Positions 16,345 to 27,073 of a DNA stretch of 64,000 nucleotides are shown here, piece by piece. The stretch's first letter is position 1; each line of letters opens with the position of its first letter. The stretch lies in the sequence record LC592711.1; one strand, given 5' to 3'. The notes beneath the pieces were generated by a model. It ran no database searches and had not been told where the DNA came from. It was given only the letters and a program-made list of their open reading frames with translations. Position numbers and translations under genes: made by a program.

Positions 16345-18525
16345 TCAATAAATGGTAGAACCAGAATCGACGACTCGACGATGTACCGTGTCGAGTAGAT
16401 TCTTGTCCCCGCCTTTTTGATAGCCGATACGTTTCTCTTCACGGGTCTTCTTGATCATGTCCGTAACAGAGAACGTTTCGCCTTCCTCTTCAACAACGCG
16501 CGATGCCAGGGCACCGATCTCGGCTTCGAGACGCATTTGTACGAAGTGGTCTTGCGCTCCACCCAATTTCTGAACCAGAGCCTGGATGTCTTCGCGCAAC
16601 TGACGTTGCTGGATTTCGAAGTGAGACATTTCACGCAGCGACTTCTTGGCCAGCGTGGAACTCATCACAGTCGTGTGGTCGATACCGTAGTAAGACAAGT
16701 TCTGACCGAACATTGCCAGGTAGCAAGCCAGCAGCCATGCCACACAGCCGTCGTCGTGCTGTCCCTTCGGGTGATCGACTCGACCATTCTTGACTTCGAG
16801 AGCCAGAATCTGATCGATGGTCTTGATATCGTTAACGCGGTCCATGCCGTGACGAACAGCATTTTGCAGAACCTGACCGTAGAGGATCGAACGTGCGTTC
16901 TCGCCAGAACCCGACGTGTTGTAACCGAAGTAGGACTTGTACTTGGTGTACAGATCACCCAGCACATACTTGTCGGCACGTTTGATTTCTTCCAGAACCT
17001 CCTTGTACTTCTCGGGATCCTGAACCAGACGGTTAAAGAGTCGCTTGAATGCATTCTGACCAGTCATGCGGAACTTCAGACACAGCTGGTCGATAATCGC
17101 AGGACCCATGTTCTTGCATTCGATGATCGCTACAAGCTTAGGCCACTTCATCAGGATGTCGTAGAGCCAGAGCGAATAGTCGATCACGTTAGCCATGTTC
17201 ACATAGCACGTGCCAATGACTTCAAGTGTTGTCAGGTCGACATATTGCATGCCGATCTCGTCCTTACCCTGAGCTTGGGAAGGATCAATACCGAGTGCGA
17301 TGTTGCCTTCTTCCATGAGTTGGTCACGGACTTTCAGGCTAACATACCACTTCGTCAAGAAGCGAGTCTTCGGATCGATTTCAGCAACGAAATCTTCACG
17401 CTGGTTTTCACGAAGCGTGTTCAGTTGTTCGGTAGACAGAGGAGATCCGCGGCCACCAGAAGTCCAGATGTTGAAGTAATCTCGATCGGCTTCTTCGCCG
17501 CTAATCATTGCCTTCTTGATGTTCTCGTAATGTTGCTTATCCGAGATACCAAGCATGCGGTGACCGAAAGTACAGTTGATTGCAAAGCCGTTGCTCGACG
17601 ATGCCTCAACCATCACCTTCAGGTCGTCCCAGTTACGCGCATCATAGATCTTGTCCGTAAACGGGAACGAGTTCGTCAGGATCTGATAAGCGTAGGAGCC
17701 ATCACGGTCATCTTTCTTACCGGCGGTAGTTGCCAGGATAATGCCGTGGTGTGCATTGTTTTCACGGGCAGAAACGAATGCCGCGTTGGTTGTCGACAGA
17801 ATCGTCGTCAGTGTAGCTTTCAGCCAGGAGATGTACGCAAATTCGTCAATCCGGATGTTGGCAGAAGTAAAGCCTCGGCCCACCTTGTAGGCACCCTTCT
17901 CATCCATCCGAGGAACGTGCGTCTCGTACTTGTTTTCCAGTGCAGACAAGTAGATGTATTCCTGGTTGTTTGGATCTTTCTTCGGTATCGATCTTCGTAG
18001 ATACGGAGGTAAGACTTCTTCATATTCCTTCAGACGCTCGATGTCGTTACGACGCAGCTGGTCTTCTTTCGTCAACAAGTGAATGGACGAGTGAACCAGA
18101 CCGAAGTTAAGCAGGTAGCGGTCAAGTGAAGCGATGTTCACAGACTTACCAGTCTGACGAGGCTGAATCAGGAATGTCGTGATGTGGTTGAAGTAACTCC
18201 ACCACAGAGCCAGGTTCCCGCGGTTGGCTAGAACAGGACTCGGTTGCATTGCGCCCTGAACAGGAATGCGCGCAATCTCACGGAAGTAGTACCAGGGGTT
18301 ATCGAAACACTCCTGGGTAATCATGCCCTTGTATTCGAAGGACAGATTCGGATCGAAGGGATCTACCCCGACCAGATATTTGTTGTGTAACGCCAGGGGC
18401 CAGAGGTTATTCTGGATGCCCATGTCGTCAAGAATGTAGCAAATGTCAACGAAGGACTTGTTTCGGGTTTCCAGATCGATGGTTGCATCCGGATACCGAT
18501 TCCAGTCTTCTTGGAAAAGAATCAT
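16345..18525 (-). CDS. terL: Terminase large subunit (phiKZ gp25-like)
   Basis: Walker A 'PRQTGKS', Walker B 'IRIDEF', nuclease 'GIDPS' and 'HDD'; 726 aa. Confidence 0.92.
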   Translation of the reverse strand: MILFQEDWNRYPDATIDLETRNKSFVDICYILDDMGIQNNLWPLALHNKYLVGVDPFDPNLSFEYKGMITQECFDNPWYYFREIARIPVQGAMQPSPVLANRGNLALWWSYFNHITTFLIQPRQTGKSVNIASLDRYLLNFGLVHSSIHLLTKEDQLRRNDIERLKEYEEVLPPYLRRSIPKKDPNNQEYIYLSALENKYETHVPRMDEKGAYKVGRGFTSANIRIDEFAYISWLKATLTTILSTTNAAFVSARENNAHHGIILATTAGKKDDRDGSYAYQILTNSFPFTDKIYDARNWDDLKVMVEASSSNGFAINCTFGHRMLGISDKQHYENIKKAMISGEEADRDYFNIWTSGGRGSPLSTEQLNTLRENQREDFVAEIDPKTRFLTKWYVSLKVRDQLMEEGNIALGIDPSQAQGKDEIGMQYVDLTTLEVIGTCYVNMANVIDYSLWLYDILMKWPKLVAIIECKNMGPAIIDQLCLKFRMTGQNAFKRLFNRLVQDPEKYKEVLEEIKRADKYVLGDLYTKYKSYFGYNTSGSGENARSILYGQVLQNAVRHGMDRVNDIKTIDQILALEVKNGRVDHPKGQHDDGCVAWLLACYLAMFGQNLSYYGIDHTTVMSSTLAKKSLREMSHFEIQQRQLREDIQALVQKLGGAQDHFVQMRLEAEIGALASRVVEEEGETFSVTDMIKKTREEKRIGYQKGGDKNLLDTVHRRVVDSGSTIY

Positions 18526-18558
18526 AGAGGAATCCTAGCACAGGGTCATAAGGTTAGT

Positions 18559-18586
18559 GACTGACTGGGCTTTCGCCCAGTCAGTC
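18559..18586 (-). terminator. 12-bp hairpin followed by TTATG (late-promoter core) upstream of terL
   Basis: gactgactgggc-tttc-gcccagtcagtc; CATAA at 18547-18551. Confidence 0.65.
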
Positions 18587-18596
18587 TATCGCTTAA

Positions 18597-20315
18597 TTAC
18601 CAGGTAGAGACCTGTTGAATCGGCACGCCGGCCTGGCCGAGGATGATGTCATCCGTCGGACCTTGCTTGACGAACGTGAGGAACCACGTCTGGTCTTGCA
18701 GTACCGGGAAGTTGACCGTGAACTTCGCATTCCAGTAATCCGCGATCGCCAGACGAATCGAATTCGTCGTGCCACCATCACTGAAGATGACGTGATCGGG
18801 TACCGGTGCATCTTCTTCCAACTGCGGGTTGGTCAGAGGACGCGTGTTGGTGTAGAACGCAGTGAGCCAGTTCTCCAGCGAGCCGTAGCCCGACTGCATG
18901 TTGACTTCGCACAGGTTCTGGTTGATGAACTTGGACTTGACCACGTTCAGATCTCCGTATTCCGGGGTTTGGTTCGGATCGAAGGCGATCTTCCACAGCG
19001 TGCTCGCACCATCGAAGTTTGCACCGCCCTTGAGCAGCGTGATTCCGACAGTTTGTACGAAGCGGTAAGCGCGCCAGCTGCCATTGACCTTCGAGAGGTC
19101 GATAGCCATCGTGAGCTGTTGCTTGACGCCGTAGAGCGTCGGCGAGAATGCGGGGCTATTCGCACCCAACTCGACGATACCCGTGACGTCGTAGCAGATA
19201 TTCCGATCGAGGTTGAGCATGAACCAACGCAGGCGGTAGCCATTGATCGGATCTTGCCAGACCGGGAACGGATAGAGCTTGACGGTGAGCTGGTTCTCGA
19301 CGTCCACGACCACCACATCCACATCTTGCATGATGAAGCGGTTCGTGCCCACAGCACCACCGACGTAGCTGACTTCGCCACCGAGCAGGTTGTACTTGAG
19401 CTTGAACGTTGCGTGCTCGCCTGCCTGAGTCGGCGCGAACTCGCGCATGCCCAGCAGTTCGAAACGCGTACCGTCGACGTTGTATTGCTTGGATGCGCCA
19501 CTGTTGTAGTTGACGAGACCCAGCAGGTTCATCGAGTTCAGCGTCAGGTTCAGCGGCACTTCCAGGCGGTTCGGAACCAGTTTGGAAACCAGCGGACCTT
19601 GCAAAGCGATGCCTGTCACAGCAGCAATCGACTGATCGGTCGAAGCCGTGAACGACGTCACTGTTGCGCGCAGTTCCTTGGACGAGAGCACGGCACCCGT
19701 ATCGTCGAAGAGCACCACGTACAGGAATTCGCCGTTAGCGACGTCCGTGTTCGTGTATGCGGTCGGGATGTAGTACTGAGCCTTGTTGATGCCGTTGGGC
19801 ATGACGCCCAGTTGCAGAGGAATCTGCGTGCCGATCGGTTGACCCGATTGGTCCAACACCAGGCTGACGATTTCTTCGACGCCGTTGATGGGGTTGCCAC
19901 GATACACGCGAGCCGTGGAGGCATTGCGAGCATTCACGTAACAACGCGCATCGACTTGCAAGCGGAAAGGCTTGGTCGTCTTGTCGATGAAGCAGCGGAA
20001 CGCGTCCTTGGTTTGACCCAGGAGCACGTCTTCCGAGTCCATGTCGGCAATCGGCTTCGGTGTGACACGCGTGAGAGTAGGTACCCACAGATCCGACAGG
20101 GCTGTCACTTTGTAAGTGATGCCATAGTCGTAATCTTCCACGTAGTCGTTGATTTTCGGGATGTAGCGACCGGCTGCGTCACCACCGAGGAAAACTTCGG
20201 CTTTCGCCCAGGTCTTCCAAAGCGGAGCAACGTCCCAGTTCTTGATCGGCAGCTGACCGTCAGTCCCCCAGGGAATGGGGGTCTGCGGGACCGCGACCGT
20301 TGTCGTATCGGCCAT
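18597..20315 (-). CDS. Virion structural protein (phiKZ gp26-like)
   Basis: 572 aa, beta-rich; synteny in the terL-sheath block. Confidence 0.7.
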   Translation of the reverse strand: MADTTTVAVPQTPIPWGTDGQLPIKNWDVAPLWKTWAKAEVFLGGDAAGRYIPKINDYVEDYDYGITYKVTALSDLWVPTLTRVTPKPIADMDSEDVLLGQTKDAFRCFIDKTTKPFRLQVDARCYVNARNASTARVYRGNPINGVEEIVSLVLDQSGQPIGTQIPLQLGVMPNGINKAQYYIPTAYTNTDVANGEFLYVVLFDDTGAVLSSKELRATVTSFTASTDQSIAAVTGIALQGPLVSKLVPNRLEVPLNLTLNSMNLLGLVNYNSGASKQYNVDGTRFELLGMREFAPTQAGEHATFKLKYNLLGGEVSYVGGAVGTNRFIMQDVDVVVVDVENQLTVKLYPFPVWQDPINGYRLRWFMLNLDRNICYDVTGIVELGANSPAFSPTLYGVKQQLTMAIDLSKVNGSWRAYRFVQTVGITLLKGGANFDGASTLWKIAFDPNQTPEYGDLNVVKSKFINQNLCEVNMQSGYGSLENWLTAFYTNTRPLTNPQLEEDAPVPDHVIFSDGGTTNSIRLAIADYWNAKFTVNFPVLQDQTWFLTFVKQGPTDDIILGQAGVPIQQVSTW

Positions 20316-20327
20316 GGAACTTTACCT

Positions 20328-22928
20328 TTAGGTGATAGCTTTCAAACGGAGGAAGTGGTTGAGCACAACCTTGCCCTTCATGTAAACCTGAATCACGTAG
20401 GACAGGAAGTTGTAGTAGTAGATGTCGATGTCGATCACGTTCTCCAGGAAATGCGGAGTGATGAGAACGTAATTCGGATCAACAGCCGTTGCAGTCTGTG
20501 TCGGGTCAAATGCCAACAGCCATTCGTAAGGCGCGCAGAGCTGCTTCACGAAGTCCATGTTGTATTGAACCTTCAACTGATTGATGTCAATCGTCCCCGC
20601 CAGGCAGTCATACATGATTTTGCACAGGAACGGAGAGAAGACCGGATACAGATCCGGAATGACATCGGGACCACTCGGAGTAGGCTCCGGCAGTTTTGCA
20701 GAGAGGTAATCGCTTACCGCTTTGTCGATTACACGCGCATCATCACGCCAGCTGTACGTGTCACCATTCGTGAGAGAGCGCATCGGAACGATCATGTCAC
20801 GCACCGAATACGGTTCACCGTTGTTGCCATCGGGAACAGCCACAAGCGCATCGTTTTCCGAGAAGAGCAGATCATCGCGATGACGCAGTCGACCATCCAC
20901 GAGAATACGCATGACGCGATCGTCTCGCAGATTGAAGATCGAGTTGCGCGAAAGCAAGTCGTACTTCAGGAAGCCATTGTCTTCAGGAAGCTGGCGCGTC
21001 AGATCGCTCTTGCAGAAGCCCGAGAAGCGAACAGCGATTTGCTGAGGCTGGTTAGCCGGATCCACGAGATACTTCTTGTTACAGATCACAACCTTCGGCC
21101 ATTGAACGAAGTAGTCCAGCTTTTCAGTCAGACCACGAGCATTCAGCATGATGTCCAGTTCGCCCATCGGCACATCCATTGCCTGGCTGCCGCTTACGCC
21201 GTTCTTCGTCACGATCTTGATCAGATCGAATTCGATAACGCCATCGGGGAACATCTGGGTGATCATGTACCCGAGCGAGTTCTTATCCGAACGAACCAGT
21301 GTCGAGTAGTTATTCATGTTGATGAGCCAGGTCAGCTGGTTGTTGATAACCGAGTACTGACCGGATCCAGTTACGTCCTTCCAGTTGTTCTGAAGAACAC
21401 CGCCGATCTTGTCGCAGACGTACATGCGATAGTTCAGCGTCGGATCCAACGTTTGATTCTTGGTGTCGTAGACTTCGTCGATCGACTGAGCCGTATGACC
21501 GTAGATGGCTTCCACGAGCGCGCAGGACTGGTTCTGTACCACGTATTGGTCGCCCACGTCATGCAGGTACCAACCGAGCAACAGACCGTCGCTATCGTAC
21601 TCATAGCACGTTGCGTTCTCGTACATGCCTTGTGGCAGATTCACCATCTTCACGCCGTTAACCGTCACGACCTTCAGAGGCGTATCGCCCAGCACCTTCG
21701 ACACAGCGTTGTAACCCAGTGCCGACTGAACCATGTCACGTGTGATCAGCTGATCGTTCGGTTGACCATTTTGCGTACTGTTGGTCAGACGCATGATCTT
21801 CGTGTAGTCGGAAGCTTCGAGAACAGCTGCTTGCCAGTTCGACACAGTGGCGTTATCGCCAATCATTGCAGGCAGGAAGTCACTCTCGTGCAACTTGTAC
21901 AGTTCGTGGATCCGGTTCTTCTCATAAACGAGAGGGCGGTTATAACCACTCTCACGAATCAGAGCAAGAACACGGCATTGCTGGGGATCGGTCCAACCCG
22001 GCTTCCCATCCACGAATGCATTGATGAGCTGAACGCTCATCGAGTAGTCTTTGTGCGTCACCATTCGCATGGCCGCTGCGGTGTTCTTGTGGTGATACAC
22101 CCCGTTCGGTTTGGCAGGAGAAGCCGGCCGCTGGATCAGGAAGAGATCCACGTCATCCTGATATTCGATCCTGGTCATCGCATCGGAATAGTGGAGCAGA
22201 TACTTACGCTCACTATCCAGAGTGGAATCGAATGTAGGCAGGCTCGATACGGGATACTCGACAACCTTGGTCACCGATGCATCGTAGAACCATTCCACCA
22301 GGTCGCCTACTTTGCAGGTAATCGGGCTGATTTCTTCTGCCCAGTAGCCGTTGATGATCGCGTAAGCGTAACCAGCTTTCGCGCGGTACTGGTTGAACCT
22401 CGTCTGCATCGCGAGAATGTCAGTCATCATCAAAGGCGACTTACCATCAGCCACGATCGATTCAGTGTAGCCTTGGCTACGAGCCGATTGCCAGAACGCA
22501 TTCGTGTAAACGCGGAAAAAAATATCTTCCGTGTTGTAGTCCACGTTCAGCAGCTTGTCTTCTTTCTTGGTTGCGATGATGAGGTTCTTCGACTTCGTCA
22601 CCATGTAGTAGGTTTCGAACTTCGGAAGCAGCACACCCTTTTCAGTGTAAGCCTCAGCAACCATCCCCATCTTGTTGCACACGTCCAGGAAGCTGACCCA
22701 CTGGTTCTGCACCGGGAACAACCCGAAGTAGTCCGGATGAATCTGCCCAACCTGATAGACGTGGTAGTAATGCGTGTTGTCGGGAAGGTAGATCTGGAGC
22801 CAGTCCAGTTCCAGCTTCACGTACTCACCGCCAAATTGGCTGATCCGCTTGGGACGGGCACGGAACTGTTTGTCCTGCCTCGGTGAGCACCAAAAATTCT
22901 TCAGTGCATAATCGACAAGGTAATCCAT
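20328..22928 (-). CDS. Virion structural protein (phiKZ gp27-like)
   Basis: 866 aa; 'MDYLVDYALKNFWCSPRQDKQ' start typical of the family; synteny. Confidence 0.75.
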   Translation of the reverse strand: MDYLVDYALKNFWCSPRQDKQFRARPKRISQFGGEYVKLELDWLQIYLPDNTHYYHVYQVGQIHPDYFGLFPVQNQWVSFLDVCNKMGMVAEAYTEKGVLLPKFETYYMVTKSKNLIIATKKEDKLLNVDYNTEDIFFRVYTNAFWQSARSQGYTESIVADGKSPLMMTDILAMQTRFNQYRAKAGYAYAIINGYWAEEISPITCKVGDLVEWFYDASVTKVVEYPVSSLPTFDSTLDSERKYLLHYSDAMTRIEYQDDVDLFLIQRPASPAKPNGVYHHKNTAAAMRMVTHKDYSMSVQLINAFVDGKPGWTDPQQCRVLALIRESGYNRPLVYEKNRIHELYKLHESDFLPAMIGDNATVSNWQAAVLEASDYTKIMRLTNSTQNGQPNDQLITRDMVQSALGYNAVSKVLGDTPLKVVTVNGVKMVNLPQGMYENATCYEYDSDGLLLGWYLHDVGDQYVVQNQSCALVEAIYGHTAQSIDEVYDTKNQTLDPTLNYRMYVCDKIGGVLQNNWKDVTGSGQYSVINNQLTWLINMNNYSTLVRSDKNSLGYMITQMFPDGVIEFDLIKIVTKNGVSGSQAMDVPMGELDIMLNARGLTEKLDYFVQWPKVVICNKKYLVDPANQPQQIAVRFSGFCKSDLTRQLPEDNGFLKYDLLSRNSIFNLRDDRVMRILVDGRLRHRDDLLFSENDALVAVPDGNNGEPYSVRDMIVPMRSLTNGDTYSWRDDARVIDKAVSDYLSAKLPEPTPSGPDVIPDLYPVFSPFLCKIMYDCLAGTIDINQLKVQYNMDFVKQLCAPYEWLLAFDPTQTATAVDPNYVLITPHFLENVIDIDIYYYNFLSYVIQVYMKGKVVLNHFLRLKAIT

Positions 22929-22953
22929 TTTTCGACGCCATAAAAAGAGGTTT

Positions 22954-22984
22954 CCCTACCCACCGGGATTGCCGGCAGGTAGGG
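22954..22984 (-). terminator. Imperfect hairpin followed by TTATG
   Basis: ccctacc...ccgg...ccgg...ggtaggg; CATAA at 22939-22943. Confidence 0.5.
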
Positions 22985-22997
22985 TATCGAGCTTGTC

Positions 22998-23897
22998 TTA
23001 CGACTTCAGCGTTGCGGTGATTTGCAGCAGGAAGTCGTCAGCCGAGTTCTTCGCCGGTACCCGTTCGATCATCCTGGAAAGCTGCGAACGGTGATACGCA
23101 CGCTCCGACATCGCAGCCGTGATCATGGCCAGGAATGTCGGTACGTGTTCGACGGAACACGCTACGATCTCGTGTCCATTGGCGCTGAACCAAGTCGAGT
23201 TGAGAATCGGATACAACACGATGGAGCTGAAGTTCTTCAGACGGATGTTGCCAACCACGTCTTCAGCACGCTCGCAAAAGTCCGTGATGTCCTTCACGTA
23301 GTCCTGACCATCCAGGACCTGCATGATCGCATCGGCGCCGATTCGCGTCGCTTTTGCAATACCCTGACAGATCTTAAGATAGTCACGTTCGTCCGGCTTT
23401 TCGCTGTTATCGAACAGCGAATAGTAGAACCACGCCGAGAAGATCGTCAGCTTGTACTGATCCTCTGGCTCCAGGCCGAAACGTCGACTGATGTTTTCGC
23501 TCAGCCAGGAGGAATAAACACTTGCCGGAAGAGGGCTCATCGCGCGGAAAAGCGTCGGGGGTTCCGAGCGCCACACCGCTTCCAGACCGGCGCGCGCCAA
23601 AAGCAGATTGTAGTCCGCCTGCGAATTGATCTTCAATTCACCACTCTGACGGTTCTTCGTAACGAAGTGCCGAGCGTCGACATACAGACCATCGTATGGA
23701 TGCTTTTCGACGTACAGAGGGTGTGAAAATGCAGGGATGTCGACCGGCCATTCCGAACTGTCTTCGATGACAGTATAGCCAGCGTCATTTTTTGCAAGAT
23801 AATTTGATACCGTTGCTTTTACGAGTGCCGCTTGAGTCGGCTCGGTGTGGTATCGGCGGCCGAAAGTGGTGTCGTACGCTGAAAGAAAAACAGGCAT
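22998..23897 (-). CDS. Virion structural protein (phiKZ gp28-like)
   Basis: 299 aa; divergent from the sheath gene as in phiKZ. Confidence 0.7.
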   Translation of the reverse strand: MPVFLSAYDTTFGRRYHTEPTQAALVKATVSNYLAKNDAGYTVIEDSSEWPVDIPAFSHPLYVEKHPYDGLYVDARHFVTKNRQSGELKINSQADYNLLLARAGLEAVWRSEPPTLFRAMSPLPASVYSSWLSENISRRFGLEPEDQYKLTIFSAWFYYSLFDNSEKPDERDYLKICQGIAKATRIGADAIMQVLDGQDYVKDITDFCERAEDVVGNIRLKNFSSIVLYPILNSTWFSANGHEIVACSVEHVPTFLAMITAAMSERAYHRSQLSRMIERVPAKNSADDFLLQITATLKS

Positions 23898-24007
23898 TTT
23901 TTGCCACCTCTAAACATGTATTTTTTTATTGCCGTAGCCCGACAATAAAGGAATTGGTTTCGAAATAAACGTCATATCATGAACTCATTTTCTAAGGAAG
24001 GCTGACG

Positions 24008-26119
24008 ATGGCAACTGCCAACTTCAACTCGATGCCTCAGAACGTTACTTACGGGGCACGAGACAAATCCGTTCCGGATCCGATCCTGACCGCGAAGCAG
24101 TATGCCACGCATCTGCCGTTGTGGTTCATCTTCGCCCAAAAGGGTCCGCTGACGCGAGTCGTTGCGGATGGTCCGACCCGTGAACAACTGTTCGGAGCTT
24201 CTTCGTTCGATCCGAGCTCGCCGTACTTCACCCACGCTACTCAATTCGCGAACCAGGCGAACAGCAAGGGCAACCAGAGCATTTATCAGCGTGTCGTCCC
24301 GGCAGATGCCAAGACGGCGATGATGCGTCTCTGGCTGGACCTCTTGCCGATGCAGGTTCCCGAATACAAGCGTGGTACGGACGGCAAGTACCTGCTCGAC
24401 CAATCGGGCAACCCGCAAACGACGGGCACGAAAGTCGCTGGTTACCAGCTGAAGATCGTGAAGACGCCTATCGACGGCACGCTGCCCAATGGCGGTGCAT
24501 TCGGTCAAGCGTCGCAAATGGTCGGCGACCAGGTCGACGCTACGAGCAACACTCAGTCGCAGCGTTATCCGTTCATGGACATTCCGGTTTCGTTCGCCGG
24601 CCTGTACGGCGACGACCTGGGCTTCCGTGCATGGGCGCCTGTTGCTGGTTCGCGCGTCACTCCCGACGCAGAACTGCTCGAAACGAACAAGTGCTATCCG
24701 TACGTGTTCGCCTGCCTGGATCGTTCGACGGATTCCATCCAGAACGTCCAGACGACTGCTGGCACGCAAGAAGTCACCTGCGTGTTCCGCCGTGGTCAGG
24801 TGAAGGCTTCGGTTGGCAACCAGGACGTCTCGTTCGAAACGCGTTTCTACGACGCGTACAACGATCGCGAACGTACCGGTCTCGCACCGCTGTATGGTCC
24901 GTTCGACAACGTGCATCTGTACTACGACAACCTCGTCACGGTACTCAAGCTGCTGTACACCGCAGAACAGCCGTTCATCGACTCGTTCAGCGACTTCGAT
25001 GGCTCGGGCTTCACGGCTACCGACGAAGGCGAAATCTTCCGTTTCAACTTCCTCGGCGGCAAGACCTCGGGCGGCGTGCCGTACCATTCGTTCCTCATCA
25101 ACCGCAACGACGCGAACGCTGAAGCAATGAGCGACATCTCGACGGTGTGGGCTGAAGGTGGTGCAGACGGCGACATCTCGCTGGACAACCTCAACCGTCT
25201 GGTTCAGACGGAAATGGAGAAGTACGGCGACATCAACCAGGAAGTCACGGACGACCGTCTGGGCAACCCGCAAAGCATTTTCTGGGATTCGGGCTTCGAC
25301 TCCGATTGCAAGATGGCTATGGCCAACTTCATCGCCGTTCGCAAGGACACCCAGATCGTCTGGTGCTTGCAGGATGCTCAAGCAGCACAACCGCTGACCG
25401 CCGACGAAGAATCGTCGATGGCAATCGCGCTGTTCACGCGCGCTCAGCAGATGCCGGAATCTTCGGAATACGGTACGTCTGCAATCCGTGCGATGATCGT
25501 CGCATCGGACGGCATCCTGATCGGTTCCACGAACCGCAAGCGTCTGCCGCTGTCGCTGGAACTGCTGTCGAAGTCCGCTGAATACATGGGCGCTGGTAAC
25601 GGCCTGTGGAAGTCGGCGTTCAGCTTCTCGCACGGTGCTCGTGCAGAAGTGACGTTGTTCCGCGATGTCAACGTCGTGTGGCGTCCGATCGCTGCTCGTC
25701 AGCGTGACTGGGCAAACGGCATGGTCTACGTCCAGAAGAAGGACATGGATACGCTGTTCTTCCCGGGCCTGCGCACGGTGTACGCTGTGGATCAATCGAT
25801 CTTCACGTCGTTCATCACCTCCTGCGTTCTCGTCGACCTGCAAAAGGTTGCGGATCGCGTGTGGGCGAACTTCTCGGGTGCGGACGAGTACACGAACGAG
25901 CAGTTCAAGAAGTACGTGGAGCAGGAATTCTCCAAGGCGATCGAAGGCAAGTACGACAACCGCGTCACTGTGGTTCCGACTGTCTCGTTCACCGCCGTGG
26001 ACGAATACAACGGCTTCTCGTGGACTCTCAACGTCGACATGGGTGCCGACAACATGAAGACCGTCCAGTACACTGTGCTGACGGGCTACCGTAAAGAATC
26101 GATGCCCAGCGCCAACTAA
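24008..26119 (+). CDS. Contractile tail sheath protein (phiKZ gp29-like)
   Basis: 703 aa; 'HLPLWFIFAQKGP', 'FWDSGF', C-terminal 'GKYDNRVTVVP'; strong high-expression codon bias; upstream of the tube gene. Confidence 0.88.
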   Translation: MATANFNSMPQNVTYGARDKSVPDPILTAKQYATHLPLWFIFAQKGPLTRVVADGPTREQLFGASSFDPSSPYFTHATQFANQANSKGNQSIYQRVVPADAKTAMMRLWLDLLPMQVPEYKRGTDGKYLLDQSGNPQTTGTKVAGYQLKIVKTPIDGTLPNGGAFGQASQMVGDQVDATSNTQSQRYPFMDIPVSFAGLYGDDLGFRAWAPVAGSRVTPDAELLETNKCYPYVFACLDRSTDSIQNVQTTAGTQEVTCVFRRGQVKASVGNQDVSFETRFYDAYNDRERTGLAPLYGPFDNVHLYYDNLVTVLKLLYTAEQPFIDSFSDFDGSGFTATDEGEIFRFNFLGGKTSGGVPYHSFLINRNDANAEAMSDISTVWAEGGADGDISLDNLNRLVQTEMEKYGDINQEVTDDRLGNPQSIFWDSGFDSDCKMAMANFIAVRKDTQIVWCLQDAQAAQPLTADEESSMAIALFTRAQQMPESSEYGTSAIRAMIVASDGILIGSTNRKRLPLSLELLSKSAEYMGAGNGLWKSAFSFSHGARAEVTLFRDVNVVWRPIAARQRDWANGMVYVQKKDMDTLFFPGLRTVYAVDQSIFTSFITSCVLVDLQKVADRVWANFSGADEYTNEQFKKYVEQEFSKAIEGKYDNRVTVVPTVSFTAVDEYNGFSWTLNVDMGADNMKTVQYTVLTGYRKESMPSAN

Positions 26120-26135
26120 AGCGAGGAACTAAAAC

Positions 26136-27002
26136 ATGAGCCGCATGTCCGATTCGATGGTCCTGCCGGGGGTAGGTATCTCCAGCAACGTGGGCCGTCG
26201 CATGAGCAACCCGAACTACGGTGGCGTGATGGGCTGGTCGCCCAATCCGACACAGTGGGTCAACAAAACCGGTTACGTTCGTCGTAACCTCATCCCGATC
26301 GTCCTGCGTGCGCCGGCTGGCTTTGCCTACCTGCCCAATCCGGACGACTGGTACGCAGCCACGCGTTCGATTTTCGAAACGCATCCGATCAGCATCGAAG
26401 GTCTGAACTCGACGCTGACGGTGGCTGCATCCGACACCCCGTACGGTGGTGCTGGTGAACAGTTCCAGGATCCGACCAACGTGACTCGCGAGCGTACCTC
26501 GCCCTCGTTCACGCTGCCGGATATCTACGGTGCGCCGATCAACGCGTACCTGGAATCGTGGATCCAGTACCTCATCATGGATCCGGAAACGAAGACGGCC
26601 CTCGTGAATACGCTGGGTGGTCAAGTTCCTCCGGACATGATGGCGGACATTTACACGATGGACATGCTCTTCATCGAGCCGGATCCGCAACAGTCCACGG
26701 TTATCCGTGCCTGGATCGTGTACAACATGTTCCCGCTCTCGGGTGGCGAAACCACTGGTCGTCGTGACATCACGACCGACATGGAACAGATCCGCTACAC
26801 CATCCAGATGGCCGGCTTCGCGCAGGTCGGTACGGGGGTGAAGGCGTTCGCGCAATCCGTCCTCGACGGCATGCGTATCGCTGGTGCGAATCCGTTCCAC
26901 CGTCGTACGTACCTGGAAGGTATCGATGCGGACATCCTCCGTGCTCGTACCGGCTTCGGCAACCAGATCCAGGAACTGTCCGACAACCAAGTCGTGGTCT
27001 AA
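26136..27002 (+). CDS. Tail tube protein (phiKZ gp30-like)
   Basis: 288 aa; 'YVRRNLIPIVLRAPAGF', 'LFIEPDP', 'NMFPLSGGE'; GAGG RBS; follows the sheath. Confidence 0.85.
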   Translation: MSRMSDSMVLPGVGISSNVGRRMSNPNYGGVMGWSPNPTQWVNKTGYVRRNLIPIVLRAPAGFAYLPNPDDWYAATRSIFETHPISIEGLNSTLTVAASDTPYGGAGEQFQDPTNVTRERTSPSFTLPDIYGAPINAYLESWIQYLIMDPETKTALVNTLGGQVPPDMMADIYTMDMLFIEPDPQQSTVIRAWIVYNMFPLSGGETTGRRDITTDMEQIRYTIQMAGFAQVGTGVKAFAQSVLDGMRIAGANPFHRRTYLEGIDADILRARTGFGNQIQELSDNQVVV

Positions 27003-27017
27003 ACGACATCCAGAAGC

Positions 27018-27062
27018 AAAAAAAAATACCACCGGTCCCTTGCGGGGCTGGTGGTATTTTTG
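27018..27062. terminator. Bidirectional intrinsic terminator
   Basis: A-tract-ataccaccggtccc-ttgc-ggggctggtggtat-T-tract at a convergent junction. Confidence 0.8.
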
Positions 27063-27073
27063 CCGTCAACTAC

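Noticed and set aside
18615-22886. 1423-aa plus-strand ORF, and other long antisense ORFs (16417-18000, 23972-25843, 27134-28447, 32227-33531, 35343-37031, 44088-45947)
   Set aside because: These are shadow frames opposite well-supported genes. Strong C/G third-position bias depletes stops on the opposite strand, and the translations are R/V/H/D-rich with no motifs or RBS.
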